The notes under the pieces are model-generated. The model was not told where the DNA came from and ran no database searches. It worked only from the letters and a program-made list of their open reading frames with translations. Position numbers and translations under genes: made by a program. Positions 63,080 through 64,000 of a stretch of 64,000 bases of DNA are shown here, one piece after another. Source of the DNA: an uncultured Acidobacteriota bacterium (GTDB taxonomy: Bacteria; Acidobacteriota; Blastocatellia; RBC074); contig CAWCKY010000006.1 of assembly GCA_963796275.1 (NCBI GenBank), positions 1,408,001 to 1,472,000 of the forward strand, read 5' to 3'. Numbering within the stretch: the first letter of the stretch is position 1; every line of letters begins with the position of its first letter.

Positions 63080-64000
63080 CCGTCAAGGTGATTTCGCACA
63101 ATGCTCCGGCGTAGCTTTGATTTCCGCCATCGCCCACAGAGCCGTTCAGATAAGCGGTGACCTCTACCCGCGTGCCTTTGGGAAACGCCCGAGGCCGTCT
63201 GAAGTAATAGACCGGCTGCCAATCGAATCGATATTTCTTCGCCCATATCAATACTTCAATGGTGCCATCGGGTCGATAGGCCCTGACTTCCATCGACTCG
63301 TTGTCAGGGTAGAGGAGCGGGCGTATTGCGACAGACTCAGTCGGCGCACTGATTGTGTGAGTGGCCCTCACGCGACCGTTATCCGCAATTGCCCCGCGCG
63401 TGCCTATGATGATCGTGCGGGCTGCTTTCCTGATCCGGTCTTTTGCGAAATAAAAACCGATGCGGCTGCGGTCAGTCGCAGCTTCGCCATTTTTGCGGTA
63501 ATGGAGCTTCAGCAGGATGCTGGAATTCGCCGGCAGCAGGCGGCCGATGCCATCCGGCAGGTGATTGACCGCCTGGCCGGGCACCCATTGTCCCAGGCTT
63601 TCAAGATTCGCCGCTTCACCGCCGCAGGTTTCTTTGCCATGCCCCGCCTTTCGCGTATTACTTTCGATAAAGAATGATGCGCTGTAGACGATGGCGCCGT
63701 TTCCCGGCTTAAAGTCGAATGCGCTGATCCAGCGATCTTCTTTCGATCTCACGGGCAATGCAAAACAGCGGACTTCATCATCGCCGTTTGCCGAGATATT
63801 CGTCGCGCTTTCGGGCTCGAGAATCAAATCCGGTTGGCCGAGAGTCCAGTCATCGCCTTTTATTATCCGATCGATCGCTTGTCCGGGATAGTCTTTATCT
63901 TCGCCGCGCGGGGCGCCGCCCTCGACCCAGGATACGATCAGGTCTAGTTCGCGCTGCGGCAGGATGTAATCGTGCTGGAACGCGCCATAACCTTTGACCG
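63024..64000 (-). CDS. Cu-type II monooxygenase-like protein (5'-truncated by the window edge)
   Basis: Frame is open to the window end (…LIVSWVEGGAPRG…WTLGQPDL…); DFKPGN, WVPGQ, LHY, YRFDWQ..Y, PKGT, LCE. Confidence 0.7.
   Translation of the reverse strand, partial: VKGYGAFQHDYILPQRELDLIVSWVEGGAPRGEDKDYPGQAIDRIIKGDDWTLGQPDLILEPESATNISANGDDEVRCFALPVRSKEDRWISAFDFKPGNGAIVYSASFFIESNTRKAGHGKETCGGEAANLESLGQWVPGQAVNHLPDGIGRLLPANSSILLKLHYRKNGEAATDRSRIGFYFAKDRIRKAARTIIIGTRGAIADNGRVRATHTISAPTESVAIRPLLYPDNESMEVRAYRPDGTIEVLIWAKKYRFDWQPVYYFRRPRAFPKGTRVEVTAYLNGSVGDGGNQSYAGALCEITLTASFERTFRPAPAPPPRRG

Overview
GC-rich bacterial chromosomal window; the gene repertoire (several ~1200-1300 aa carboxypeptidase-regulatory-like TonB-dependent receptors, hpnI, GH51/GH95/PL10 enzymes) suggests Acidobacteriota (inference). 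In order: coiled-coil protein, SRAP, AmmeMemoRadiSam B, LAS-type peptidase, purH; a sulfur locus (cysA, Rrf2, sbp-cysT-cysW, tRNA-Cys, TonB receptor); a Fur-boxed iron-uptake operon (STN-TonB receptor, piuC, PepSY-TM, exported CbiX-like protein); ArnT-like and hpnI glycosyltransferases; a di-heme protein; glycan-utilisation genes with three more TonB receptors and a ROK repressor; iorAB; a MASE1/NarL two-component set; and hypotheticals. No CRISPR, rRNA, phage or transposase was seen, but many REP-like intergenic hairpins are present. The best candidate for a new system is an unannotated Cys-rich small ORF (CCCCPCSCLC, 6 of 7 Cys codons TGT) followed by two terminator-like hairpins and a candidate antiterminator, directly upstream of an atypical tRNA-Cys (G33 instead of U33) and a TonB receptor. 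This may be a cysteine-sensing attenuator. Six +1 frameshifts are probably sequencing errors; five lie at GATC, hinting at DNA methylation. All functional calls come from motif recognition by eye; no searches were run.
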